A DNA stretch of 64,000 bases from Eledone cirrhosa (Eukaryota): positions 78,616,001-78,680,000 of the forward strand of contig OZ024747.1 of the NCBI GenBank assembly GCA_964016885.1, read 5' to 3'. Numbering within the stretch: position 1 is the first letter of the stretch; every line of letters begins with the position of its first letter. Shown here in pieces: positions 50,368 through 62,312 of the stretch. A program made the translations under genes and the position numbers. The notes under the pieces were generated by a model. That model searched no databases. It saw nothing but the letters and a program-made list of their open reading frames with translations, and was not told the origin of the DNA.

Positions 50368-50893
50368 AATGTGAATAGATAAGCCTGACATTTGAAAATT
50401 AATGTGAATGCTAAAGGGTTAAAGTGTTTTTTAATTGAAAGTGTATCACAGTTTTATGTGATTAAGTGATGTTCCAAACACCAAATTGATGATGATTTCT
50501 AATGATTTAGCCAATGCTCTACACCAGTGTGATAATATTAAAGTTAAATTATAGAGTTTGAAGTTTGAAAGCCTTGACAATACGAAATGGAGGAACAAAG
50601 AACCAAAAGAGGTTAAAGCCATATGTCCACCACTTCCGGGAACATGGTAAAGTGAAATTATATTACTAAATAACTCCAAAATCTTGAGTCTTTCAAAAAA
50701 ATTATTTAAATATCATAAGCAATGTATTTCATTAGAAATATGGTAATAAAAGGATTCAGTTTGGTAAAATGAAGAACTGATGAAAATAGCAAGCAAGTCT
50801 ACTGGCAAGTAGGAGAATATCTCCCTTGATACCAAGTACTTACCAAAAGATGTTAACCATGCAAAACAAATACTCCATACAAGTTTTACATAC

Positions 50894-50981
50894 CCAATCA
50901 AGAATGAGGATTTTCTCCACCTTCATTTTCTCCTGTAGTTGTTTGGCCGCAATAGCAATAGAGTTAAAGTAACAGAAACCC
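50894..50981 (-). CDS. HDAC4: HDAC4-like exon: (M)[29 protein letters not shown]
   Basis: ccttag|G...TGG|gtatgt; 88 nt. Confidence 0.97.
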
Positions 50982-51104
50982 CTAAGGAAAAACAAAATAT
51001 AATTAAACTAAGCAATTATATGGAATATCATAGAGTAATTTCTAAAATTATAACAAAAAAGAATATAATAGTGTGTGTGATTGCATATGTACGTAATCAT
51101 TTAA

Positions 51105-51310
51105 CCCTTTAGCATTTACATTACTCTATATACTATTGTATTTTCATGGTAAACACTTTATCTCGCATAATATCGAATCTACAAGATTTTGATATTATTT
51201 ATTTTGAGAACAATACTTTAACATAAGTATGAGCAGCCAGTTATGGCCAGTTTGAACAGAAAGAGGTGAGAGAATTATGGCCAGATATGGCCAGTTTAAA
51301 TGGTAAAGGT
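51105..51310 (-). mobile_element. piggyBac MITE copy
   Basis: TTAA|CCCTTTAGCATT...TAAAGGT|TTAA; colinear with 25134-25353. Confidence 0.88.
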
Positions 51311-51857
51311 TTAATGTCCATTTTCCATGCTAGCAAGACACACACGTGTGAGTGCTATCCATTCCTACTCCCACCTAGCACTATTGACCACACACCCCAC
51401 CACTTTTTGCTTAGATGTTCTCACCACCACCTCCCCCACTCATTACCCTGTCAAATCCCACCACACTTGCTATAACTTCATACTTATCTCTCTTCTATTG
51501 CTCCCACCCAACCCCCACAGAGCAGAGAGGGCTCTTCTGTTGTGACAAGGACCAACAATCTCTCTAGCATTGGTGCCAGGAAAATGCACCCAGTGCACTT
51601 TGTAAGGTGGTTGGCAAAGTGAACATTAAACAATGATGATGATGATGATAATTCCTTTCAGAAGGTACTGTTCATTTACATCATGTCTATACCAGCATAT
51701 ACTCCTCTACTCCATATATAGGCTGATGACTTTAGTTCATTTCATGCCAGCATGGAAAAAACTGATATATAATGATAATGATGATGATAGTGTGTTTGTA
51801 AGGAGAGAAATGGGCAGGGAAATATTGGAACATTACACTTCAATAAACTCTACTTAC

Positions 51858-51913
51858 ATAGCTTGTTGTGCTTCTGCATGATGACCTGGAGGTCGGACGA
51901 CTGCCATGCCATT
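51858..51913 (-). CDS. HDAC4: HDAC4-like exon: NGMAVVRPPGHHAEAQQA(M), catalytic His pair
   Basis: catcag|AAT...AT|gtaagt; 56 nt. Confidence 0.97.
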
Positions 51914-52583
51914 CTGATGAAATATAGATACAAGTGTAAACAATGGAAAACTATTCAAGTTATGATAAACAATAGTGGAATACAGCCTAACACATTTGAT
52001 ATCAAACTGCCTAAGCCACCCCTGATTCTACAATATAAAATATTTTATTTTAAACCCTATATAGAAATGTCAGTGCTACTACAGACTAAACTTCTCAAGC
52101 CAATGTTTTACATACAAAAGGTATATAAGATTATTTTATCGATCTCTTTTATGTAAGAACTTTTGTTAAGTTACATTCCAAACACCATCTTAATAATAAG
52201 TAAGCTTGTTATATTAATAAATCCCTCCAAATTCGTGATTATTTAAAAATTATTTGGAAGATGTCATGTTACTACTTTCGTTGATCCTGTGTTATCCAAC
52301 TCTACATTTCAAAATATGACCATTTCTTCTCCCATATTCTTTTTAGTCTTTCTCAGCCATAAATTTCACTTTAAGCACAGAAGCTGCTGTCCATTCCCAT
52401 CACATGTCTATACCATCACATGTTCCTCGCCTCTACTGTACATATTGGCTGAAGCTTTTCAGTCCAAACAACTTCCTCAGATCATAAGTACCCTGCCTTT
52501 CATGCAAGCTAACACTGCATACCCAATATCTCAATCTCAACTCCTTTCTCTGCACAGATGTTGTATAAAACTGGACTAGTGCC

Positions 52584-52763
52584 ATATTTATATAAAACTA
52601 TTTTCACTTTATATGTATAAGCTGTATTATGAAATGTAAGTGGACATGTTTAGACTTGGGTTGTATTACCTAGCTGTCCTATGTTATAGATGTAGATATA
52701 CCATCATTCCAAAATCTCAAACACTTCTGATCTGAAGTATTTTGGATAAAGGATTATCAACTG
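52584..52763 (+). mobile_element. Right terminus of a Tc1/mariner pogo/Tigger-type DNA transposon
   Basis: Ends ...AAACACTTCTGATCTGAAGTATTTTGGATAAAGGATTATCAACTG|TA. By recollection it resembles the Tigger4-type terminus; no search was run. Confidence 0.6.
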
Positions 52764-52991
52764 TAGAAGTAACATATAGCTATAGCTATATTGGATAAAG
52801 GATTATCAACATTAGCAGTAACATATAGCTATAGCTATATTGGATAAAGGATTATCAACATTAGCAGTAACATATAGCTATAGCTATATTGGATAAAGGA
52901 TTATCAACATTAGCAGTAACATATAGATATAGCTATATTGGATAAAGGATTATCAACATTAGAAGTAACATATAGATATAGCTATATTGGA
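52742..52991. repeat. 49-bp minisatellite, 5 copies
   Basis: TTGGATAAAGG starts at 52742, 52791, 52840, 52889 and 52938; a partial sixth unit begins at 52987. Confidence 0.95.
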
Positions 52992-53059
52992 GAAGGCAAC
53001 AAAGGAGTGTAATGATAAAGAAAATAAAACCCCAAAATATAAGATAGCTGTCAACTTAC

Positions 53060-53113
53060 CTTCAGTTCACCTGCAGCAACTTTAAATGCCAGTTCTATCA
53101 CACAGCCTGTAGC
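53060..53113 (-). CDS. HDAC4: HDAC4-like exon: ATGCVIELAFKVAAGELK
   Basis: ttttag|GCT...AAG|gtaagt; 54 nt. Confidence 0.95.
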
Positions 53114-53600
53114 CTAAAATATATAATGCATTCCTGGTATAATATTGAAAAAAAAATCAAAGACTTAGATTATACTTTTCTTCAAATTCAGAACAGCAAA
53201 ATTTATGCATGTGTCAGCATGTTAAAGTAAATACTTCACTGTATTCTATATTTTTCTCTCATTTGCTCTGTGAACATGCCACAGATATCCCAGTAGCAGT
53301 TGATCCACACGTACATACACACATGTATAAATATAGATACATATGTATATGTGCACATTTAACTCAAAATATACAGATCCACACATGCAATAATATTCAT
53401 ACTTGGAGAGAGAGAGAGAGAGATAGATAGATAGATAATTATTTAGTTAATGTCTAATACCAATGAAGGAGTTTTGTTTCTGCGTTAGAAACCATCTATT
53501 TCTCCAATGGTGAGAGAATAAAAAAAAAAGAACAGACAGACATACCATACATACACATACATACAAAACCAACGTAGACACTAAGGAGTTTATTACTTAC

Positions 53601-53701
53601 CATGCGTGCAGCAGTGGTTGTATAAGATTCATTCCAGACGGTATCAGAATCCACACCAATACCACCACAGCTAAGCATACAAAATCTCAGAGAAAGAGAA
53701 T
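53601..53701 (-). CDS. HDAC4: HDAC4-like exon: DSLSLRFCMLSCGGIGVDSDTVWNESYTTTAARM
   Basis: tttcag|AT...ATG|gtaagt; 101 nt; CGGxGVDSDTxWNE motif. Confidence 0.96.
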
Positions 53702-54319
53702 CTGAAATAAAATATAAATTATTTAATAATTATGGAATGCAGACACGTAGTCCAAAGGTTAGAGTGTTGGGCTCATGATCATAAGTCGCAGGTTCAGGAT
53801 AAACTTTGAGATTCAGACACTCCATGGAAACATGGAAAAAAAATGGATGGTAAGCACCTAGAAGATGTCAAACTCTAATCTGGAAAGCCATATGCTGCAG
53901 CACACTCTCCAGCTCAAACTATGTCACTTTGGCTACAAACCCAGGCACACAGGAACAGAAGATATCCATATACCAATACTTGACCAACTGCTTTATTTTC
54001 TTGCCATTTATTCTCAACATCAACAGTGTCCTTGGACCCCGGACTGCCATTTTCTTGTGCAATTTCAGGGGGAATGTATGCTGTCAGAGAAATAAGTGCC
54101 ATGAAGTGGAGTGCTGTGCAGCTAGTGATGCTGATTGTTCCCTGTGGTAAATACTTTCACCATCTTGTCCTCAGGGCACAGCTGAGATATATGACTTAAC
54201 CTTTTCCACTTTTGTCTTGTTTATTATGTGAAATATTTATGTAAATAAAATTTACTTAATTCTTATTAAAAACAAGAAAATTTATAAGAAAAGGAAAACA
54301 AAGAGCCATAAGAACTGAC

Positions 54320-54437
54320 CAATTAGTTTAGGGTCCATTTTCTGTCTATTAGGGTGATTCGTGCCATATAATAATGTGTAGACTTCAGTATGGCAGCTCT
54401 GTAATTCTTCCAAAGTAGCTTTTCGCGTTTTCACACG
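54320..54437 (-). CDS. HDAC4: HDAC4-like exon: [39 protein letters not shown]
   Basis: ttatag|CGT...ATT G|gtcagt; 118 nt. Confidence 0.96.
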
Positions 54438-54722
54438 CTATAAAGAAATAAACAGAGAGTGACTAAAGATTGTAATAAAACAATCATTGACTAACTACAC
54501 ACGGGTTTTTCTCCTGTAAAAAAAAAAATAAAAAATGAAATGTGGTACAACATATTAATTAGAGCAATTAAAATTAATCTGTTGGTTAAATGCTTTCCTA
54601 AGCAAGTGTATAGGCCCTGAGTATAATACAAACTTAACAGTAGGGTTTGAAGTTATAAGTTTTATTGGATGAATAATACAGCTACTAAATTGATTGCAAT
54701 AAATGACCAAAATAACTCATAC

Positions 54723-54856
54723 CTCACATCGAGACACAAGACCTCTTTCTTGCAGACGGGACCAAATACTTTGCAAACGACCCGCATGTTCTGGATGGGC
54801 AGCATTGTTACCACAGGAACATTGATGTTTTAACATTATAGTATCATAAGCCAGCC
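54723..54856 (-). CDS. HDAC4: HDAC4-like exon: [45 protein letters not shown]
   Basis: cctag|GG...GAG|gtatga; 134 nt. Carries the structural Zn ligands CxC..H. Confidence 0.97.
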
Positions 54857-55007
54857 CTAGGAGTAAATAAAACAAACCAGTTCAGTTGTGTTTCAAAACT
54901 AGGGAGAAGGTTATATTAATTTAGATAATAAATAAACAGAAAAAAACACATCAGCAAGATTAAAACAAGTTTGTCATCTTAAATTAGGATTTGAAATGGG
55001 ATTTTAA

Positions 55008-55063
<56 letters not shown>

Positions 55064-55452
55064 TACACACATATCTCTGATGATTTGCTGAACGCAGACA
55101 TAATACGAATGAGTAAATAATGAATAAATACTCCTATTCAACTCTCGTAGATAATTGCGTAACGGTAATGCAACACGTGTTAGGTAATATAATGTAATAA
55201 ATCTTTCTTCAAATCTCTCTTCTATTCTTGCCTAGTTTTTTCTAATTTATTTAAGCTAAATTACTCTGTGAATTCTTGGAACCTTTACCATACTCAAAGA
55301 TTCAACATCTATATAATTATATTACATAGCTATCAACCACGTTGAGAGCAACTAACTTTGTTTGCATACACCTCACCACCACAAATAAGCAAAAAATACA
55401 ACACACACTCACAAAATGCACCTCATCTGCATATACATACATACATACATAC

Positions 55453-55530
<78 letters not shown>

Positions 55531-55716
55531 GTAAAGTGGTAGTGATTGAGCTGCAATAAAATGGACATATTCATTATTTTTCAAGGAAGGAATTCATTCT
55601 AAACATCATTCTTAATTCATTTTCAACCAAACATAATCTTAATAACTTTATTTGATATCATTTCCCATTTTGCTTGTCTTTTTTTTCTTTCCTTCACTAT
55701 ATATTTTTATGTTTAA

Positions 55717-55922
55717 CCTTTTAGTGTTCAAACCGGCCAGAATTCTTTACCTCTTTCTGTTGAAACTGGCTGTAACTGGTCGCTCAAACTGATGCTAAGG
55801 TATTGTTTCAAAATAAATACTTTCAAAATCTCATAGATTCGATATTATGTGAGATATTGTGAGGTAAAGCCTTTACCATGAAAATCTGATAGTATATATA
55901 AAATAATGTGAATGCTAAAGGG
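55717..55922 (+). mobile_element. piggyBac MITE copy (opposite orientation to 25134 and 51105)
   Basis: TTAA|CCTTTTAGTGTTCAAACCG...AATGTGAATGCTAAAGGG|TTAA. Confidence 0.9.
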
Positions 55923-56555
55923 TTAAACAAAATAACACTCAATATATGGTGTAGATTTTATATTTATTAGGATTTGGCTGATGATTCACATTATCGTAAT
56001 GGAGTAAATTATCAACTGATTCCTCTCTCTCTCTCACTCTATAAATATATATATATATAATGTGGCTGGAATTAAGATGGGCATCTAGCCATAGAAACCA
56101 TGCCCAAATATGGAAGATAATGTCAGTCCAATCTGGTCGTGAACTGTAGCAACTGATGCCAATGTGGAAAGCAGTTAAGTGTGTTTGGTAGTAGATACCA
56201 TGCTGTCACTAAGGGTTTTAGGTGTCCATGCAATCACGAGAAGATAAGGACACTTCTGACTCTCACTATTTAGGATGTGACAGTTGAGAGTGAGACAGAA
56301 GGCTGCCCCAGCACTGAGCAGATATTTTCTTTATTGACTCCAATAGGATGAAAGACACAGTGGTCCCTAGCAAGATTTGAACACAGAAGACAAATACAGG
56401 AACAATGACTTTGTCAAACCAACTGCCTACACCCACACACATACATATATAGACACACATATATATATATATATACACATGCATACACATATATATATAT
56501 ACATACAGACACAGAATAGTTTATAAATTAAGAAGGTTATAAGACGAAGTGCAAC

Positions 56556-56814
56556 CTGTAGTAAATGTATAGCGCACAGGACCCGTATCTTGCGGTTGTT
56601 GTGGAGGCATTGAGAAAGTAACCAGTGGACTGGACTGAGTGCGTGACAAAGGACGGTGATGTGATGTTCGGTGTCTCATTTTAAGTAAATCTCTCTGGTA
56701 AATCTCTCGTTCCCGACTGTTTTGTTTGTCTGGCTCGCTGCTTTGCTCATCCATCTTAGAATCTTTGATAACTACAACATCACCATCATCATGATCTCGA
56801 GAATCTTTCATTTC
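56556..56814 (-). CDS. HDAC4: HDAC4-like exon: EMKDSRD...HHRPLSRTQSSPLV...RYTFTT(G), includes a 14-3-3 phosphosite motif
   Basis: caccag|GAA...ACA G|gttgca; 259 nt. RPLSRTQSSP matches the class IIa 14-3-3 site just before the catalytic domain. Confidence 0.93.
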
Positions 56815-57654
56815 CTGGTGAAGAAGAAGGAGAAAGAAATATAGAGAAATACTAGACCTTCAGTCGGGTGCAAAGAAACTTCTTCAGTAAACATGAGATA
56901 ATAATAATAAAAGAAATGACATGCCCCAAGAACTGGGTTTAGATGCATTAATTAGAATATAGTTAGATTTTATATATAAAAGTTTCTCTATTAGAAGAAA
57001 CGTTAGTTTAGTAAGCACCAAATGATGCAGTAGTGGTTTTAGTAATAGTAGAAGCAGTATTGATGGGATTGTAGCAGTTTTGAGAGCACATGTGCACATT
57101 CTCATAGGTTCTAATGTAAAATAAAAGGGGAGAAGAGGAGGGGATGTTGTTAATATAAAACAGTTGATTAAGTCAAATGACAGAAGAAATATTTGCACGA
57201 TGAGCAGTAAAGTAGCCATCTGCAAGAGTAGCAGAAATCTAAAGAAGAGAAAGACATTCTCATGTCTGGAGTAAAGAAAACCCTGTTTTTTTTAGATAAT
57301 CAAATATTGATGAGTACAAAAAAAAAAGATCCATGTGCACATGAGTCAAGAATATAAACAATAGTTTATCGACAAACAGCCATTTTATTGATTTAGACAC
57401 AGTTCAACAAAGATAATTGGCTGACAATGATAGTGATACCATTTCACAAAGTATGAACAAAACAAGCAATAAAATACAAAGTATAACACTTTCCTATCCA
57501 AATTCTTACAAAAGACTAATATTATGTTTACAGGAAAATATTTTTATAATTTGATCAATTAGGAAATGAAAGGGGCTGATCATCAAATCAGAAAAAGGAA
57601 ACTATGTTTCTATTGCTCATACTATCTGTTGCAACTAACAGATGACTGGAGGTA

Positions 57655-57850
57655 GGATTTGAACTGAGAATGACCAGAGTCAAAACAGATACCACAAAGC
57701 AGTCTGTCCGATGATTTAACAATTTGCCAATCTTACTTATCGACACCCCTAAGGGATAAAAGGTAAAGTTGACCTCAGCAGGATTTGAACTCAAAACACA
57801 GATAGCCAGAACAAATAACAAGACTATCTGATGCTCTAACAAGTCTGCCA
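57655..57850 (-). mobile_element. Two old partial SINE copies in tandem
   Basis: GGATTTGAACT B-box remnants occur twice, plus the TTATCGAC...AAAGTTGACCTC core. Confidence 0.65.
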
Positions 57851-60780
57851 ATTGGCCAGCAGAAATTTATGTTAATGATATATCAGACAAGCTGCTGCGA
57901 TAATACTTAGGGATATAAAACAAAAATATAAAACATTTAATGACTGACAAGGCAACTCATGGCAGTGAGGCACATAAATCCTTATATATAAAGGCTGTGC
58001 ATGATTAATGTAAATGGAGAAATATATGTATAGAAATAAATAACAATTAACATGATACTTAGATGAGGTTTATGTCTGAGGCCTTTCATGGTATGACAGC
58101 ACAGTTAAACAAAGAACAATTCTTATATAACCAAATTATAAAATAATGCTAAAGAAGATAAGTTGAAAGCAAACAGCTAAAATAATATACAATTGATGTT
58201 CCATATCACTAGGATAATGGCCAACTCTTGCCATCAACAGTTAGCTTCAGGAAAACAAGACTATATTTCAATCAATGACAAGTGTAGCCTTTATGCAGTT
58301 GCTCAAATTGCTAAAAATTACAGCCGAATCTAACCTCAGTCTTAACCAAAGAAGCCTACAATGGATGACATAGTTCTAGATACCCTTAAAAAGATGTGGT
58401 GGTCATAGCTGGAGTGCTTTTGATTAAAGGTTTCCTCCAAGTTTGATGTGATTGAGGAACAACTCATTTACAGGAGTTCAGAAGCCAAATCTAACCCAGT
58501 CTTAAACAAAGAAACACGTATTAGATGATGTAGCTCTAGATATTCTAGGGAGTTCAGCTCAAGATCATGCAATTGTGAACTCAATTCCCAGATAGTGAGA
58601 TGTATTGTGTCCTTGATCAAAACAATTTCACATTGCTCCAGTTTACTCAGTTGAGTATCAGCATCAGCTAGGGGTTAACTCAAATAGACTGGCATCTTGT
58701 ACAGAGGGGAGTTTTGTATTCACAGTCACTTGACACTAAAGAAACCAGGATAAGGCCTTGAGACAGAATTGAACTTTAAATCTTTTAATGTTGTGAAGAA
58801 ATAATAAATAGGATACATGGAGTTATATAAGCTTACTCCTTGTCCTTGCTATTAGAGGTTATATACTCCAAAGGCACAAGACTGAAGTGAATATGGCAAA
58901 GATCTAAGGTAACCAGTCTGATAACCAAAATATTTCTCTCATTGATGCCAATATAAATGGTAAGAAAGTCCAGGTGTATTAATATTTAGGTAGATGATAA
59001 ATAGAGTTACCTGGCTGGCTCAGATACAACAAAATGATTGTAACTGTATACCTGAACTCACAACACTATAAAGACAAACATTTACCTATCATATATAGAC
59101 AAAGATCTACTACCAACTCTATCATATTGAGTTGACTATTACATTTCTAAACCAGTCTTCCAAACATTTCTGAGAATATCACTATTATTACTCTGCTTAA
59201 CAGTATTTTGAAATAGTATTTTGAAATAGTTAATACCTTAACTGATAACTTGAAATATAACACTCAATTAGAAATAAAACACAAGACCTGCATATATCAT
59301 ATATAAAAATATAACTGAAATAACCAAAATGAACTAAAGACCCTCCCTTCTCAAGTATTTTAAGGCTGTTTTCCTCGATAAAACAAAGATTAGCCTTGCA
59401 GGTCCCCATAAAAGGCATAAACATATTCATCACGGGGTCCTTTTTGAGACAGTGTTTTATGGCTGGATGCCCTTCCTGGTGCCAACCTTTTTTGTTGCCT
59501 CTTCTGACATGCAAGGATAAAGTGTGCCTATTTAAAACTGAATACACATAAATGAAATAAAGACAAGATTACATATCAAGTAGAACAGCCTTCAGGCCAC
59601 ACTATCTAGGTGTGTAGGTAAGTCTCTAGTTTACCACTTAGTAGAGTTAAACTACAAATGTGTGTGTGACTAATATAAGTCCTTGATCCTTGACACAAGA
59701 AAGCAACACCTTCTGAAGTTAATCAATAAAGGTTACTAATGGTAACTGGCTAGTAAAAATTAATTTCAAAATGATAAAGAAACCTGGAGAAAAATACAAT
59801 GGCAAGAGAGTGGTGCTGATATGATTTAAGGATTTATCTTTCCTCAATGTTCATCATTAATATCCCAATGGTAATAATGAACTTGGAAACTTCAGGAGTT
59901 CAGAGAAGGTCTCCAACAGATGTCTGTGTCCTATTCTTGAGAAGCAGACAACACTGAGTTGCAGCCTCATATAACACAATCATTTATTTTATAAAATCTA
60001 AGCCCACTGATATTTAAACTAACAATGCAGAGATAAATAACTAAATACTATAAAGTAATTAATCAGTTGAGTGAACTACCATTCCTACCAATTCTCCACT
60101 CTAACAATCTCTTAATAGTAAACACAAGTTTTCATAATATATTATCCAAATGTAGAGAAGCATTAATGATGTCTACCCAATCAAAAGTGACAAATTAATG
60201 ATAAAGGTGAGGATGGATCACCTGCATCAGGTTAAAATAGGAGAGAACAAGGAAATGAATAATATAAATTATATAATCTAGAATGACAGAAAGAGGAAAG
60301 TAGAGGAGAGAGGCAGAGAGAGAATAATTGAAAATCAACTGAGAAAAAGAAGATATAACAAATATAAACAAAATGCTCCATACTCATTTCCTACATCCAT
60401 TCATAGCCGAGTTGTGAGGGTGTTAGTGTTAATTAGAGTCTAACAACCACGAGCAGGAAAACTGAAAATGTTTATTTCATTTAAAATTAGTTAAAGAAGC
60501 ATAAGTGAGCAAGTCCAGAACTTTATTAGATATAATTAGACAGGTGGGAAAGGAGGAGGAGAGGAAATACAAGTCAGTCATGGAAGTTTGACAATGAAGG
60601 AAGAGAGAGAAGTAGCAAAAGTCAGCTAAACTGAATGAAGCAAGGTTTTCTAGATGCAAGACAATTTCAGGATCTAACACTGAAGAGGGAAAAAAAAAAA
60701 AATGATGGATAGTGGGGAAGTAAAAAAAAATTGTATATTTTAAAATAAAGTAACAAATTTAGGAACAGACAAAAAATATA

Positions 60781-60821
<41 letters not shown>

Positions 60822-61005
60822 AAAAATGTGGTTACACTTTCATGTCTTTATCATATTTATTCATTTAATAAAAATAAGTTCCGTCACAAATATATCATAC
60901 ATTGGAGATTGTTGCTGGTCCCTATAACAAATAGGAGATGATGACAGTCGCCGTGGAGATAGAGTGCATGAAAGTTTTACTTAAAAAAACAAATGTTCTA
61001 TCAGA

Positions 61006-61297
61006 ATATATATATATATATATATGTGTGTATATGTATGTGTGTGTATATGTATGTATATATATATATATATGTATGTATATATATAAATATATATATA
61101 TATATATGTATGTATATATATAAATATATACATATATATACACACACATACATACACATATAAATATATATATATGTGTGTGTATATATATATATATACA
61201 TATATATACACACACATATATACACACATATATATATACATATATACACATACATATATTTATATATACACATACATATATTTATATATACATATAT

Positions 61298-61333
<36 letters not shown>

Positions 61334-61357
61334 GGATATACATATGTATGTATGTAT
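61006..61357. repeat. (TA)/(TG)/(CA) compound microsatellite
   Basis: Seen directly. Confidence 0.9.
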
Positions 61358-61402
61358 AATCTACCGAGTCAAAAAATAGGTGATATTGTGTTCTCTATCT
61401 AC

Positions 61403-61489
61403 CTGGGCTATTTTTACTTCGGTTTCTTCATCAACGTTCTCCATATGACCCTTGCTGCCAGCTCGTTGTAACACAGCCTGTCGTATATG
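61403..61489 (-). CDS. HDAC4: HDAC4-like exon: [29 protein letters not shown]
   Basis: ttccag|CAT...CAG|gtagat; 87 nt, phase 0/0, joins the next exon in frame. Confidence 0.8.
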
Positions 61490-61859
61490 CTGGAAATTTG
61501 AAGAAAATGAAATAAGAGACTGACCGATAACCTCAGAAGCAGCATCAGGAGGAATTACATAGCCAACACCCTAGCAGTGTTCTGGCATTTTCGTTAAAAC
61601 CAGCTCTTTTGGAAAGGTGTTTTTTTTTAGGGGAAGTAAGGGTTTTTTTTTTTTATTGCTTCTTTTTTTGTTTTGGGGTTGGTTTATTTTTTATGATCCA
61701 AGAGATTTCTACCTGAACTAAAAGAAGAAAAAATCAAACTATCATCAGCAGCTATTGCTGATGATGGTATTGGTGCTATCAATGCATATGTTGATGATGA
61801 TGATGTCGATGATTAAGGATTTTAAAAGTAATAGGAAAAACTGTTGCAGCTTCTGCTAA

Positions 61860-62046
61860 TATTGTTTCTACTTTTGGCACAAGGCCAGCAATTACCCAGT
61901 ACATTACTGGTACTTTATTTTATCGACCCCATAAGGTTGAAAGGCAAAGTTAACCTCGACGGGATTTGAACTCAGACCGTAAAGGGACGTAACTCTGCTG
62001 GAAAGCATGGCGTCATACCCTCCACCGATACTGTCAGTTGACCGCC
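61860..62046 (-). mobile_element. Full-length SINE with 15-bp target-site duplication
   Basis: CTTCTGCTAATATTG at 61850-61864 and 62047-62061. Confidence 0.92.
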
Positions 62047-62139
62047 CTTCTGCTAATATTGATAATTTCTTGCTTAGACCTTAAATTTATACAGAAGAAA
62101 TATTGAGAAATTATGATGATTTTATTATGTCTTCCACTG

Positions 62140-62312
62140 TTGGCACACGGCCAGCAATTACCCAGTGCATCACAGGTACTTTATTTTATCGACCCTGTAA
62201 GGATGAAAGGCTGAGGTTAACTTTGCCTTTCATCCTTTCAGGGCCGATAAAATAAAGTACCAGTAATGCACTGGGATAATTGCTGGCCTTGTGCCAAAAG
62301 TAGAAACAATTA
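62140..62312. mobile_element. Fold-back pair of 5'-truncated SINE halves
   Basis: The left arm 62140-62211 is the reverse complement, with a few mismatches, of the right arm 62225-62297. Confidence 0.9.

Larger units (their letters stand above)
47761..50418 (+). mobile_element. Full-length, inactivated piggyBac-superfamily DNA transposon in an HDAC intron (antisense to the host gene)
   Basis: TTTA|CCCTTTAG ... CTAAAGGG|TTAA termini enclose a disrupted transposase. Confidence 0.93.
43181..61489 (-). other. HDAC4: Class IIa histone deacetylase gene, 3' portion: 14 coding exons, 548 aa + stop in window; N-terminal exons not found here
   Basis: The spliced translation carries class IIa motifs: RPLSRTQSSP, FTTGLAYD..KHQCSCG..HPEHAGR, RPPGHHA, GFCYFN, DW-DVHHGN, GFDA, LEGGY, the NES-like EEADTVSALASLSM and the C-terminal EPMEEES. 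All 13 introns are GT-AG with compatible phases. Confidence 0.95.

Noticed and set aside
53680-53701. Alternative acceptor 16 nt inside the exon (TTCTCTTTCTCTGAG)
   Set aside because: Its use would shift the frame; no supporting evidence.
55978-56012. CTGATGA followed by a hairpin (hammerhead or C/D-box-like)
   Set aside because: GAAA is replaced by TAAA and no closing stems or partner boxes are seen.
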